Below, piece after piece: positions 39,378 through 52,105 of a DNA stretch of 64,000 nucleotides. How positions within the stretch are numbered: position 1 is the stretch's first letter; every line of letters starts with the position of its first letter. Below the pieces are notes generated by a model. It was not told the origin of the DNA, did not search any database, and saw only the letters and a program-made list of their open reading frames with translations. A program made the translations under genes and the position numbers. The stretch is from Octopus vulgaris (Eukaryota), in contig OX597830.1 in NCBI GenBank assembly GCA_951406725.2, positions 18,476,001-18,540,000 of the forward strand. Reading direction: 5' to 3'.

Positions 39378-39670
39378 TTGTTTTGTTCCTTCTCGAGCCA
39401 TGCCTGGCTCATAAGGGCCGGTTTCCCGGTTTCTTGACCTATAAGTTCCCCACCTGGATGGGATGCCGGTCCGTCGTAGGTGAACTGCAAGATGCAGGAG
39501 GAAAGAACGAGAGAAAGTTGTTGCGAAAGAGTCAGCAGAAGTCTGCCGGAGTTGCGTGGAACTTAGGTATTTTGCTCATAAACACACACATCGCCCGGTC
39601 TGAGATTCGAACCCGCGATCCCTCGACCGCGAGTCCGCTGCTCTAACCACTAGGCGATATGACTCCACAC
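39378..39670 (-). mobile_element. SINE family C
   Basis: Minus head ...ctagtggttagagcagcggactcgcggtcg...ggttcgaatctc; TSD tgccatgtattt. Confidence 0.88.
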
Positions 39671-39896
39671 AGTGCCATGTATTTAGTTTAAAATGCAGTA
39701 AAAACCACATCCAGGAAAATCTAGCAGCTCTTAATCGTACCTCATCTGATGAAGTACTCGCAGACAGCTGTTGTTGAATAATATTCAAATACATAGAAAT
39801 TATTAAAAGTAATCTTACATAACGTTATATGAGTATGAACCCAGAAACTGAAAGCTGAGTTGGAGTGCAGACACATATGTTGTGATCCACTGTTAA

Positions 39897-40115
39897 CCCT
39901 TTAGTATTTAAACCGGCCATATCCGGCCAAAATAGTTAATCTGTTTTATGTTCAAACTGACCAGATCCAGGCTCTCACACCTACCCTACAATGTTATTCT
40001 ACATTAGGTAATTACACCATCAAGATCTTGAAGATATGAGATAATGCATGATTAATTCAAATCAATGGGAATCAATAGGCATTATGTTTGATAGAATAAT
40101 CTGAACACTAAAGGG
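39897..40115. mobile_element. piggyBac-type MITE (intact reference copy)
   Basis: TTAA on both sides; CCCTTTAGT / ACTAAAGGG termini. Confidence 0.88.
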
Positions 40116-40697
40116 TTAAACCCTGTTAACTTCCATCTTTGTCTTATAATTGGGATTAATACAGCTTGAGCCACTAAAATGAAATTTTAATAAGCCTGCT
40201 GGTTATTTGCAACATCAGCATCTGAAAAAAATGCTGATATTCTATATATTGTAGCAGCAAGATTTGACTTATATGTGGTAATTGGTGCTTCCCACTGAGA
40301 AGGTCCAATAGACCTTAATCATATGATATGAGAATCCTGGCACCTATGACAGACAAATTTCATCTACTATGATCTGTGTGTATGCTTTTATGCACCAAGC
40401 ATCCATATGAGAGGGTCTCTCGAGGCTAATAACACAGTATTTGGTGTTCTAACACAACATCCAAGTTAAATTTGATCTAAAGATTACTTTTTGGCATTAT
40501 CATATTAATTCTGCTTCCATCACTAATAATCTATGTAAATATATATACTCTTTTACTGGTTTCAGTCTTTTGACTACATATATATATATATATATACACA
40601 CACATATATATATATACACACACACATATATATACACACACATATATATATATATATTCACACCTATATATACACACACATATATATATATACACAT

Positions 40698-40746
<49 letters not shown>

Positions 40747-40747
40747 C

Positions 40748-41130
40748 TCTTTTACTTGTTTCAATCATTTGACTGTGGTCCAGCTGGAGCACCACCTTGC
40801 AGAGTTTTTAGTTGAACAAATCGACCCCAGGACTTATTTTTAAGCCTTGTACTTATTCTATCATTCCATTTTGCCAAACTGCTAAGTTACAGGGATGTAC
40901 ACACCAACACCAGCTGTCAAGGGGTGATTGGGGACAAACAGACACTAAGACACACACACACATATATATATATATGATGGGCTTCTTTCAGTTTCTGTCT
41001 ACTAAATCCACTCACAAGACTTTGGTCGACCTGAGGCTATAGTAGAAGACACTTACCCAAGGTACCATGTAGTGGGACTGAACCCAGAACCATCTGGTTG
41101 GAAAGCAAGCTTCTTACCACAGCCACGCCT
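40748..41130 (-). mobile_element. SINE family A
   Basis: Reverse copy. Confidence 0.82.
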
Positions 41131-41298
41131 GAACTTATATATATATATATATATAATTCAAATAGAGGTTATGTTGGGCCTCATGAAGGGATGGTATAAT
41201 CCAAGGAAATACCTGGTTCATTACCTAATATTTTTGGAGGAGGTTAATATCCATAAAATAATAGGTTTATATATAAACCCTGGTTTATAATCATGCAA

Positions 41299-41634
41299 AT
41301 GAAGAATAAGAACATGGAGATATTGAAATTAATAAGAGCTTATTGTCAGCAAAATATTGATCATTATCCCTTACAACCGTCTCAATTAAGCTTAGTGAAG
41401 TTTGATAAATATGAAAATCGTATTTCTGAGCTTAATCTCTCCAGACTCTGTTGTAATGATCCAAAAAACTATATTTTTTCTCCTTCTGAAGAGATTAAGC
41501 TCAGAAATATGATTTCAATGTTTAATAAATTTCACTAACCTTAATTGAAACAGCTGTAAGGGATAATGATTGATTTTTTTTGCTGATAATAAACTCTTTA
41601 TTAACTTCAATATCTCCATTTTCTTATTCTTCAT
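41299..41634. repeat. ~145-bp-arm inverted repeat (foldback) inside an AT-rich element flanked by (TA)n
   Basis: 41299-41445 is the reverse complement of 41486-41634. Confidence 0.88.
41481..41563 (+). ncRNA. Type I hammerhead-ribozyme-like motif
   Basis: TCCTT-CTGAAGA-GATTAAG-(40 nt)-CTTAATT-GAAA-CAGCTG-TA-AGGGA: full core, stems I and II, palindromic stem III. Confidence 0.6.
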
Positions 41635-41647
41635 ATAACCACAATCT

Positions 41648-41679
<32 letters not shown>

Positions 41680-41681
<2 letters not shown>

Positions 41682-41925
41682 GAGGCGCATAGCTTAGTGG
41701 TTTGGGTGTCAGCATGACAATCGTAAGATTGCGGTTTCGATTCCTGGACCGTGCGACATGTTGTGTTCTTGAGCAAAACACTTCATTTCATGTTACTCCA
41801 GTCCACTCAGCTGGCAAAAATGAGTAATGCTGCGATGGACTGGCGTCCCTTCCAGCTGGAGAATACACACGCCATAGAAACCAGGAAACCGGGCCCGTGA
41901 GCCTGGCTAGGCTTTAAAAGTGTGC
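41680..41925 (+). mobile_element. tRNA-derived SINE related to family C
   Basis: ggaggcgcatagcttagtgg...gtttcgattcc head; 3' half shared with family C. Confidence 0.75.
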
Positions 41926-41954
41926 ATTTATTATTTTTTTGTATTATCATCATT

Positions 41955-42300
41955 CATCATCATCATTTAGCGTCCGCTTTCCATGCTAGCATGGGTTGAA
42001 CGGGTCAACTGGGGTCTGTGAAGCTGGAAGGCTTCGTCAGGCCCAGTCAGATCTGGCAGTGTTTCTACGGCTGGATGCCCTTCCTAACACCAACCACTCC
42101 GCGAGTGTAGTGGGTGTTTTTTACGTGCCACTTGCACAGGTGCCAGACAGAGCTGGCGAACGGCCACGAATGGATGGTGCTTTTACGTGTCACCGGCACG
42201 GGGCCAGGCGATGCTGGCAACGGCCACGAACGGACGGTGCTTTTACGTGTCACCGGCACGAGGGCCAGCCGAGGCTGGCAACGGTTGCCAGACAGAGCTG
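41955..42300 (-). mobile_element. RTE-derived 3'-end fragment
   Basis: (cat)n, family tail and three ttttacgtg subrepeat units. Confidence 0.82.
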
Positions 42301-42814
42301 GCATATATATTTATATATATACACACACACGGATGTGTATGTATACACACACACACACACACACACACGTTCATACAATAGGTTTCTGCAGAGTTTCCAT
42401 TTACCAAATTCTACTAACAAAGCATTGGTCCCCCACTTAAAGAGTGAAAGTACTGAATCTGTTGAAGATTTGGTTGTTGTATTTACTACTGAGTAGATCC
42501 AGATACAACAAAGAGATTCTTGCAGTGGTTCTTCTTGCTGTTGTTTCTGCTTGTATTATGATGGCAAGGAAGTCCATCTGTTTGGAATAGAATTCTTTGG
42601 ATGAGTACAAACACACACACACACATATGTAGCCACTCACACACATGCAACCGCACATATCACATACACATGTATGTATACAATTGTCCACAGTGTGTGT
42701 GTTTGTGAGAAGAGAGAGAGGGTGAGAAAAGAAACTAGGTGAGGCGAAGGGGAGGAGTAGTAGAACCAGTGAAACACCAAATGTTTCTAATTTATCATAT
42801 GGGAGCAAAAAAGT

Positions 42815-43335
42815 GTGGTGGTGGTGGCTGGTGGTGGTGGTGTGCATGATGATGGCGGTGAAGGTGGTGTGGCAATGGAGATGATGATGAATAGGGGTAA
42901 AACTGGTGGTGATAGCAATGAAAATGAGAATGATGGAGATGATAACAGTAGTGGTGGTAGTGCTGATGGTGATGAGGATGATGATGATGATGATGATGAC
43001 GATGATGAGTGTGGTGACAAGACAGAAGATGAAGATGATGATGATAATGATGATGATGATGATGGTGGTGGTGGTGATAGCAGTGAAAATTAGGATGATG
43101 GAGATAATGGTAGTGGTGGTAGCAATGGAAGTGATAGCGGTAATGGCAATGGCAACTAAGACTACTATGATGAAGGATCATCATCATCATCATCATCATA
43201 AGTTTCAGTGGTGGTGGAGGAGGACTCCTAAAGTGATGATGAGAGATGACAGGTGTGGTATTTGTGTTGTTTATGATGATGATGGTGATGGCATGATGAT
43301 GATGATGGTGGTGGTGGTGATGATGATGATGATGT
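42815..43335. repeat. Compound (GAT)n/(GGT)n trinucleotide repeat
   Basis: Seen directly. Confidence 0.9.
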
Positions 43336-43766
43336 TAGAAGTAAATAAATCAACACTGGCAATAAGCACACCAAACAACAGGACAACTAACAAACCCTTA
43401 CAACTCATCCACACTTTAGAGAACCCAGTTTGTTTATTTTATATCTCCTGTTCCAATTTTGTCCTCTTTTTTTTTTTTTGGTTCATTTTTCTTGAATTTC
43501 TTGCCTTAAATCACTCACTGGTTCAGGGAAGAGCCAATGAGCAAGCCTGTACACCAAATCTACTTCCTATCAATCACACCCTCCCATCTTAAACAAGGAA
43601 GACAGGCAATTAAGAGAGCCAAACTTTATATCAGTTATTCTCAACCATTTTTTGCCTATGGACCCATTTGGCTCCTTCCTATTTTACTCCACTGGTCACT
43701 TTATTTCATGTGGCTCTGGTCCACTCACCTGGCAAAAATGATTAGTACCTGTAGTTCAAAGGACCA

Positions 43767-44069
43767 CGGAGGCGCAATGGCCCAGTGGTTAGGGCAGCGG
43801 ACTCGCAATCGGAGGATCACGGTTTCGATTCCCAGACCGGGCGTTGTGTGTGCTTATTGAGTGAAAACACCTAAAGCTCCACGAGGCTCCGGCAGGGGGT
43901 GGTGGTAACCCCTGTTGTACTCTTTCACCCCAACTTTCTCTCACCCTCTCTTCCTGTTTCTTGAGTAATGCTGCGATGGACTGGCGTCCCGTCCAGCTGG
44001 GGGGAACACATACTCCCGGGAAACCGGGCCCATGAGCCTGGCCAGGCTTGAAAAGGGTACAAAAACAAA
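43767..44069 (+). mobile_element. SINE family C nested in SINE family D
   Basis: 14-bp TSD agttcaaaggacca at 43753 and 44070; intact A and B boxes. Confidence 0.9.
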
Positions 44070-44132
44070 AGTTCAAAGGACCAGCCTTGTAACATTCAGT
44101 GTCATGCTGAATCTCCCTGAGAACTACATTAA

Positions 44133-44788
44133 CCCTTTAGCATTCAAACCAACTATATCAGGCCCAAATATTCAACTTTTTTGTGTTCAGACTAACCAGA
44201 TTAGGCCCCTCACAACTACCCTGCAATGTTATTCTGAAAATAAACAATATCATCGTTGAAATCTTATTTCTTTATTGCCCACAAAGGGCTAAACATAGAG
44301 GGGACAAACAAGGACAGACAAAGGGATTAAGTCGATTACATCGACCCCAATGCATAACTGGTACTTAATTTATCGACCCCGAAAGGATGAAAGGCAAAGT
44401 CGACCTTGTTGGAATTTAAACTCAGAACATAGCGGCAGACAAAATACCTATTTCTTTATTGCCCACAAGGGGCTAAACATAGAGGGGACAAACAAGGACA
44501 GACAAAGGGATTAAGTCGATTACATCGACCCCAGTGCATAACTGGTACTTAATTTATCGACCCCGAAATGATGAAAGGCAAAGTTGACCTCGGCAGATTT
44601 TGAACTCACCATGTAACGGCAAACGAAGTACCACTAAGCATTTCGCCTGGCGTGCTAACGTTTCCGCCAGCCTCTTCAGATTGCAATCATCATTGAAATC
44701 TGAAAGCTTTGGAATAATGTCTGATTAATTCAAAACAATTTGAATGAATACACATTGCAGGTGATGGAATAATGTAAATGTTAAAGGG
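44133..44788. mobile_element. piggyBac-type MITE containing a SINE B dimer (44266-44672, minus)
   Basis: TTAA-CCCTTTAGCATT ... TAAAGGG; dimer flanked by atcatc(g/a)ttgaaatc. Confidence 0.78.
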
Positions 44789-45361
44789 CTCAGGATATGC
44801 ATGTTTGTGGAATGCTCAGCTGCTTGCACGTTAATTTCATGAGCAGCATGTTCTGTTGATTGGATCAAGTGAAAATTTCCTTGTCATAACCAACAGAGTG
44901 CCTGCCAGTTGATGCAGTTGATAACATCCATTGTTATATTTCTTACTTTGCATTTTCCTGATTACAAGAACTAAAGGTGTTCTAGACCAGTTTGAATTTG
45001 TGCCAAAGGCTGACAGACCAAAGTAGTATAGTAACATTCCCGGGGTTACCTTGATTCCACATATGAGGTGTGTGTTGGGGGTTTAACCCCAGTGGGATGA
45101 ATCTATGAACCAGGAAGCCATACCACAGGCACAGAGATTTGTATTTATTTGCATTGATTTTTTTTTTACTTACTCCGCTTTAGACCACTGGTTCTCAGTC
45201 AGTGTCCATATGACCCAGGGGATCCATATAACATTTTGGTGGTCCACACAAGCAAAATAGTAAATTGGAGATCTGCAATAGTATCTTAAAGGTCCAGGAA
45301 AATTTTTTTACTTTAGATGTATTTTTTGCAAGAAACAGCTAAATTTCTTTCTCAAACATTT

Positions 45362-45575
45362 CCTTTCTACTCTGGCCACAAGGCCTGAGACTTTGGATGA
45401 GGGGAGATAGTTGATTACATAAACCCCAGTACTCAACTGGCACTTAGTATATCAACCCCAAAAGCATGAAAGGCAAAGTCAACCTCGGCAGAATTTGAAC
45501 TCAGAACGTAGTGATAAGTGAAATACCGCTAAGCATTTTGTCCAGTGTGCTAACGATTCTGCCAGCTCACCACCT
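45362..45575 (-). mobile_element. SINE family B, adjoining a partial hAT MITE (~45186-45360)
   Basis: Family B core; the upstream piece resembles 63432-63809 in reverse. Confidence 0.75.
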
Positions 45576-46038
45576 TTTAAATAATAATAATAAGAATGAT
45601 AATAATACCAGCACAGTGCTTTACCATTACCAATAACTTTGTGGGTAGCTGATTTAACATGACATTATGAAAGTATATCTTACACAGATTCCCAGTGGGT
45701 ATGGCTTCACATATGTCTCATATAAACTAGTTCTCTGGTTTGAAATGACAAGCTTGCTTAGCCCCCTTCTTGGTTCAACATTTTTTATCACAAATTTCAC
45801 ATGTGGTATATGGTTCATGACCTACCTATACGTTTATTCAAAAGAGTAAATATCTGAAAATGTTTTATATCAAGCAGAACAACTGCCATAATTTCTCTGT
45901 CGAAACTACTGTTGTTAAGCCCCAGGTCAAGCTTGAATGAGTAGACGTGTGATCAAAGATATTTCAACCATGACCACCCCTGTATTTTTATGGGTATCAA
46001 AAGACAATTATTTTTTAATGTGATTTTCCTCTTTTTAA

Positions 46039-46259
46039 CCCTTTCGTTACCAACCCGGCTGAAACCGGCTCTGGCTCTTTAGTACAAATGTCTGGTTTTC
46101 AAAAGTTCTGAATTAAAACCTTCCACCAAACCTTAGTCACAATTTATGTCCCTAACTCTAGCTTAATGATAACGATGTTATTTTACTTAATTCTTTGTTA
46201 TATTTAAGATAATTGGAAGAAACACTGAGCATCTCAAAATAAATTCAGTAATGAAAGGG
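46039..46259. mobile_element. piggyBac-type MITE, second subfamily (reverse copy at 52661-52879)
   Basis: TTAA-CCCTTTCGTTAC ... GTAATGAAAGGG-TTAA. Confidence 0.85.
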
Positions 46260-46541
46260 TTAAGGTAGTAGGTTATTATTTGAGGGAGATTAAGCTGCTA
46301 TTTCTTACAACTCTGGAGACTGTTGTTGACTTACTGGAGTAAATATGAAGGGAAAGTATTTAATGTATATTTTTATTACAGATATCACAAAGTTATGTTT
46401 CTCACCTCTATGAAAGTGCCTATGATGACTATTTCACAAATGACCGAGGAAAAAAGATACTTAGAGATGTTTGCTGCATGAAAACTTAACTCTTTACTGT
46501 TCAGATTACTTTGTCAAGTGTAATGCTTATTTATTCACATT

Positions 46542-47283
46542 CATCATCATCATCATCGTTTAACGTCTGCTTTCCATGCTAGCATGGGTTGGACGATTTG
46601 ACTGAGGACTGGCAAACCAGATGGCTGCACCAAACTCCAATCTTGATCTGGCAGAGTTACTACAGCTGGATGCCCTTCCTAACGTCAACCACTCCGAAAG
46701 TGTAGTGGGTGCATTTACGTGCCACCAGCACGAGGGCCAGTCAGACAGTACTGGCAACAGCCACACTCCAATGGTGTTTTTTATGTGCCACCTGCACAGG
46801 AGCCAGTCTAGCAGCACTTGCAATGACCTCACTCGAATGTTTTTATTCAACGTGCTACCAGCACAAGTGCCAGTAAGGTGACGCTGGTAACGATCATGCT
46901 CGAATGGTGCTTTTCACGTGTCACTAGAATGGAAGCCAGTTAGCTACTCTGGCAACGATCATGCTCGGATGGTGCTCTTAGTGCTCCACTAGCACGGATG
47001 CCAGTCATCAAATTTGATTTTGATTTCACTTGCCTCAACAGGTCTTTGCAAGCAGAGTTTAGTGTCCAATGAAGGAAAGGTACGCATAAGTGGGCTGGTT
47101 ACACCTCTGGTATAGGCCACGAGGTTATGGTCTCACTTGGCTTGCTGGGTCTTCTCAAGCACAGCATATTTCCAAAAGTCTCGGTCACTAGTCATTACCT
47201 CGGTGAGGCCTAATGTTTGAAGGTCGTGCTTCACCAGTTCATCCCAGGTCTTCCTGGGTCTACCTCTTCCACAGGTTCCCTCA
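46542..47283 (-). mobile_element. RTE LINE 3' end (ORF C-terminus and 3' UTR) nested in a piggyBac MITE (~46490-47454)
   Basis: GTCGRGRPRKTWDELVKHDL..MTSDRDFWKYAV..*, then the subrepeat UTR and (gat)n tail. Confidence 0.85.
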
Positions 47284-47714
47284 TTGTTTTGAATTAATCA
47301 TAAACTATCTTGCAGCTTCAAGATTTTGATGATGTGATTGTTCATTTATTAGACTGACATTGCAGAATATGTGCAAGAGGTCAGCTCCGGCCAGCTTGAA
47401 CATAAAACTGACAGAATATTTTGGCCAGATATAGCTGGTTTAAATGTTAAAGGGTTAATAGTAAAGCAGGTACTAGGATACTTGATTCAGTGAGCCAAGT
47501 ATCCTAACACCCACATAACTTATTAACTATTTAAAGCTCATATTTTACTACAACCCACACAAAATGAATACTTCAAAAGAAGTTGACAATTCAGTCAGCA
47601 TAGGACTGTCTTGAGCCATTTCTGATCAATGAATCCACAGCCTCATGAACAGAAGCCATCAAACAACAATATGAATTCACTCCTTCTCTGCCTACAGCTC
47701 CAAATTCTCTTTCA

Positions 47715-47935
47715 CCACAACTTTCTCTCACTCTTATTTCCTGTTTCTGTTGTACCTGTATTTCAAGGGGCCGGCCTTGTCACTCTCTGTGTCACGCTGA
47801 ATATCCCCGAGAACTACGTTAAGGGTACACGTGTGTGTGGAATGCTCAGCCACTTACACGTTAATTTCACGAGCAGGCTGTTCCGTTGATTCGGATCAAC
47901 CGGAACCCTCATCGTCGTAACCGACGGAGTGCTTC
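47715..47935 (+). mobile_element. SINE family D fragment (another, split copy at ~43710-44900)
   Basis: gtacctgta...gagaactac.ttaag...ggaatgctcagc...gttaatttca.gagcag shared between the two loci. Confidence 0.6.
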
Positions 47936-48974
47936 CACAGCTCCAAATATACAACGAAACGCTCGCAGTGAATTTGAACTCATTGTATTTATATAACCAG
48001 CTCATTAGATTGTTAATGATCTGGTAACACAGTACTGTACTCATTTGACCAGTTTCATATCTACTAATGAAACATACCATGTGAAACATGTGTGTGTGTG
48101 TGTGTGTGATAATTAATGAGCCATGAACTTTTCATGTTGGATTTGGTTAGAAGAGTGTTCATACTGCGAACCTCATCAGATTGTGGTTGTTGTTAAGAAC
48201 TCCCACCCCTCCCTACAACCCAGCAAGCATAGTCCTATAGTCCTATGTTATGTTGCTGTTGTTTAGTCCTTTTAGTCCTCCCTCTTCATGCCACAGTTGT
48301 ACCTGAATAAGCAGATCTAAAATCAAAGGTATTCCAGCTGTTACCATCGTTTTTTCTTTTTTTTTTTTTCCCCAGACTTAAGAGTATCTAGAATTATATT
48401 AACTAATTTATCCTTCCTTTTATAAGAAAGTATACTGTAATTTGAGAGATTTTGCTGCAATTTCTAGCAAGCTGAGCAGCCACTCCTCCATGGATGTGAT
48501 CTATGCTCTGGAAACATAACTAGCACTGTATGGTTCTATAATGTTTAACTGTATTCAGTGAAAGTCGTATAGTTTATTGCTAGGTGAGAGCCCTAATTTA
48601 AAAGAACCATGACTAAATTTGTTCCAACCATCAATGTCTCATCCATTCCCTAGGCATTGCATGTGTTGGACTACATTATCCTATGTATTCTTCTTTTTAC
48701 ATGAGATTCAGTTGCTATTTCTAGCAGGTTGAGCAACCATGTACAGGTGGACTTATGATATAGTTCTCAAACCTTTTAAAGTAAATCATCCCATCTTTTT
48801 AAGACTATAGAATTACAATATGTAATACGTTCATTCTTTACTTAAGACAACGTGGTGTAATCTGACAGAGTTGACTTCTATTTCTAGCACATTGAGAAAC
48901 TACATAGTGTCTCATACATCTTGTCGTTTTCATAGTAGGTTATATTTAGTGTTGTGTACAAGGTGTGTTGTTTG

Positions 48975-49270
48975 TTCCTTCTCAAGCCATGCCTGGCCAA
49001 TAGGGCTGGTTTCCTGGATTCCTTGGTGTATAGGTTCCCCACCTGGACGGGCGCCGGTCCATCGCAGGTGAGCTGCTAGATGCAGGAGGAAAGAGTGAGA
49101 GAAAGTTGTCGTGAAAGACTCAGCAGAAGTTCACCATTACATTCTGCCGGAGCCGCATGGAGCTTAGGTGTTTTCGCTCATAAACACACACATCACCCGG
49201 TCTGAGATTCGAACCCGCGATCCCTCGACTGCGAGTCCGCTGCTCTAACCACTAGGCCATATGCCTCCAC
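48975..49270 (-). mobile_element. SINE family C
   Basis: tRNA-like head on minus strand; TSD gtgtgttgttt. Confidence 0.88.
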
Positions 49271-49713
49271 AAGTGTGTTGTTTAGTCACAGAAAAATTGT
49301 GATCTGGGAAAGACTTGGCTGCTATTTCTAGGAGTTGAAGTGACCATATAGGGGGATCCATATTGTTGTTGTTACTTCTACTGCTGCTGTCAACATTGGT
49401 GTTGTTGTTACATCTGTTGTCAGCAGAGCTGTTATTGCTAAGTAAAGGAAATATAAATTCCTGGGGAAGTGTTCCTAACACTGCTCATGCTTGATTGTTA
49501 CACAAAACTGAAAGATAAGATACAGAGATCAAATACAGTGAAAGGTACTGACAAATGTATGAACAAACAAAATGTTTCAAAGCACACATCATCATCAAAT
49601 AAAGAATTAATAAAAAAAAGAACTAAATATACACATATACATATATGCATATATGTGTGTGTATATATACATATATATACACACACACATATTTACATAC
49701 AAGTATGTGTATG

Positions 49714-49811
<98 letters not shown>

Positions 49812-49978
49812 GCATATATATATATATATACATACAAACACACTTAAACTCACAAGCAAACACACACACATGTAGATAGATGTTTAGATGTTATGTAAAT
49901 AGTGATAAACATAGCTGACAGTTGGAGGCTGATGCAAAGGTGTTTCTTCTGTTGCTTGAGATTTTAGGGGTTTTTTGG

Positions 49979-50425
49979 GGATCTTTTTGGTTAGAATGGC
50001 AGTTTTTTAAAATAATTTCCACGTAACTAAACACTTTTAAACATTGTATACTGGTAGAATGTGTTTATAAAACATCTTTTTCTTTTGGCTTTATTGAGAA
50101 AATTCTATAGTTTGTAAGATATTTCCTGGGTTTTTTTTCTTCAATTTCTGCAATTTCAACCAATCAGTGACGTCTATTGAGGTGAAAACATTCTGTGCCA
50201 TATGAATATGTCCCTCGTTTAAGAAACAGATTGGGTTTATTTACATTTGTGAAGAAAAAAAAGATACCTTCCCCCTACCCCTACCCCTAACCTTAACTAA
50301 CCCTAACTCCAACCCTAACCCTAAAACAGATTGAAATGCAATAGATCGATACTAGGGTCATAATTATGGGTGACAATTTCATAGGACACCGCTAGAAAAA
50401 ACTGCCGTTCAAACCGAAAAGATCC
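49979..50425. mobile_element. Non-autonomous TIR element with an internal (CCCTAA)n-like tract
   Basis: ~29-bp TIRs GGATCTTTTTGGTTAGAATGGCAGTTTTT / AAAAACTGCCGTTCAAACCGAAAAGATCC; ccctaaccctaa at ~50276-50324. Confidence 0.75.
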
Positions 50426-50889
50426 TTTTTTTTTCTTAATTTTAAACCAGCACTTTTTTTTTGAGCAGATTTAAACTTACATTTATAATCTTGCTATGCC
50501 TGTTTTTAGCCCTGGGTCAGCCATGACCAAACACCTCTATGATATCTGATGTTTAATGTAGTTGTTGGTATTTAAAATGGTAGTGTGTTTTGAAAGCAAT
50601 TTACCTGCTGTTTTTAGCAGGTTGATCAACTGCATAGATATTCCTCATCAGCTCACATCAAACTGTTTCTTCCCGCCAAATACCACTCACAAGGCTGTGA
50701 TTGATTCAAAGCTTTAGATGAAGACATTTGCATATGGTTGTTATTGTTGTTGCTGCTGCTGTTCATGTTTAGCCCCAGATCAGCGCTTGGATTGAGTAAC
50801 GCTGATGATCAATGGCATTCCAGCTATGACCATCCCATCTTTTTCCAACATGGAGGGAACACAGGACCTCATTGTCTAACATGTTCCTT

Positions 50890-51084
50890 TTTACTCTTTT
50901 AATTGTTTCAATCATTTGACTGTGGCTATGCTGGAGCAAATCGACCCCAGGACTTATTCTTTGTAAGCCTAGTACTTATTCTATCGGTCTCTTTTGCCAA
51001 ACCGCTAAGTTATGGGGATGTAAACACAGCAGCATTGGTTGTGAAGCGATGTTGGGGGTGGGGGGTCAAACATAGACAAAAATA

Positions 51085-51169
<85 letters not shown>

Positions 51170-51280
51170 TATTATGTTTGACCTTGATGTTCATATGTAG
51201 TGGTTTAATAAATTATGTGATTGGGTATTATCTGGTAGTTGATTATTGATTAAGGTGTATTTCTCCATTTTCTTATTTTG

Positions 51281-51339
<59 letters not shown>

Positions 51340-52105
51340 CATATACGACAGGCTTCTTTCAGCTTCTGCCTACCAAATCCACTCAGAAGGCTTTGGTTGG
51401 CCTGAGGCTATAGTAGAAGACACTTGCCCAAGGTGCCATACAGTGGGACTGAACCCGGAACCATGTAGTTCGTAAGCAAGCTACTTACCACACTGCCACT
51501 CGAGTTATTAACGTGCAATTTGAAATGTAGCTGCTACTTCTAGCAGTTTTGGCAACCACATAGATTGATGAACCTAAAGCCACATAGTTGTGAAGCAGAC
51601 TTTCAAACCACATAGCTATGCCTGCCTCCTGGGTGTTTGGAAGTGAAAGAGACAAGAGGGTACAGCAAAATTTGATAAGGAGAAAAAGAAAAACACAAAC
51701 TATAGACACAGGAGTGGGTGTGTAGTAAGTAGCTTGCTTACCAACCACATGGTTTTGGGTTCAGTCCCACTGCATGGCACCTTGGGCAAGTGTCTTCTAC
51801 TATAGCCTTGGGCCAACCAAAGCCTTGAGAGTGGATATGGTAGACAGAAACTGAAAGAAGCCTGTTTTGTGTGTGTGTGTGTGTGTGTGTACATGTTTGT
51901 GCATTTGTGTTTGTCCCCTCACCTTCGCTTGACAACTGATGTTGGTGTGTTTACATCCACGTAACTTAGTGGTTTGGTAGAAGAGGCTGATAGAATAAGT
52001 ACTAGGCTTACAAAGAATAAGTCCTGGGGTCGATTTGTTCGACTAAAGGCAATGCTCCAGCATGGCCACAGTCAAGTGACTGAAACAAATAAAAGAGAAA
52101 AGAAT
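50890..52105. mobile_element. Head-to-head SINE family A pair (50890-51500 minus, 51705-52105 plus)
   Basis: Two opposite-orientation copies about 200 bp apart. Confidence 0.85.

Noticed and set aside
39745-39800. CTGATGA motif as a hammerhead (also at ~26665)
   Set aside because: No convincing stems or correctly placed GAAA.
42787-43592. Asp-rich, His-rich and Met-rich ORFs resembling biomineralisation proteins
   Set aside because: Trinucleotide repeat field with no signal peptide or splice support.
37912-49270. tRNA-Ala-like genes at the family C heads
   Set aside because: No proper acceptor stem; they continue into a SINE body and have TSDs.
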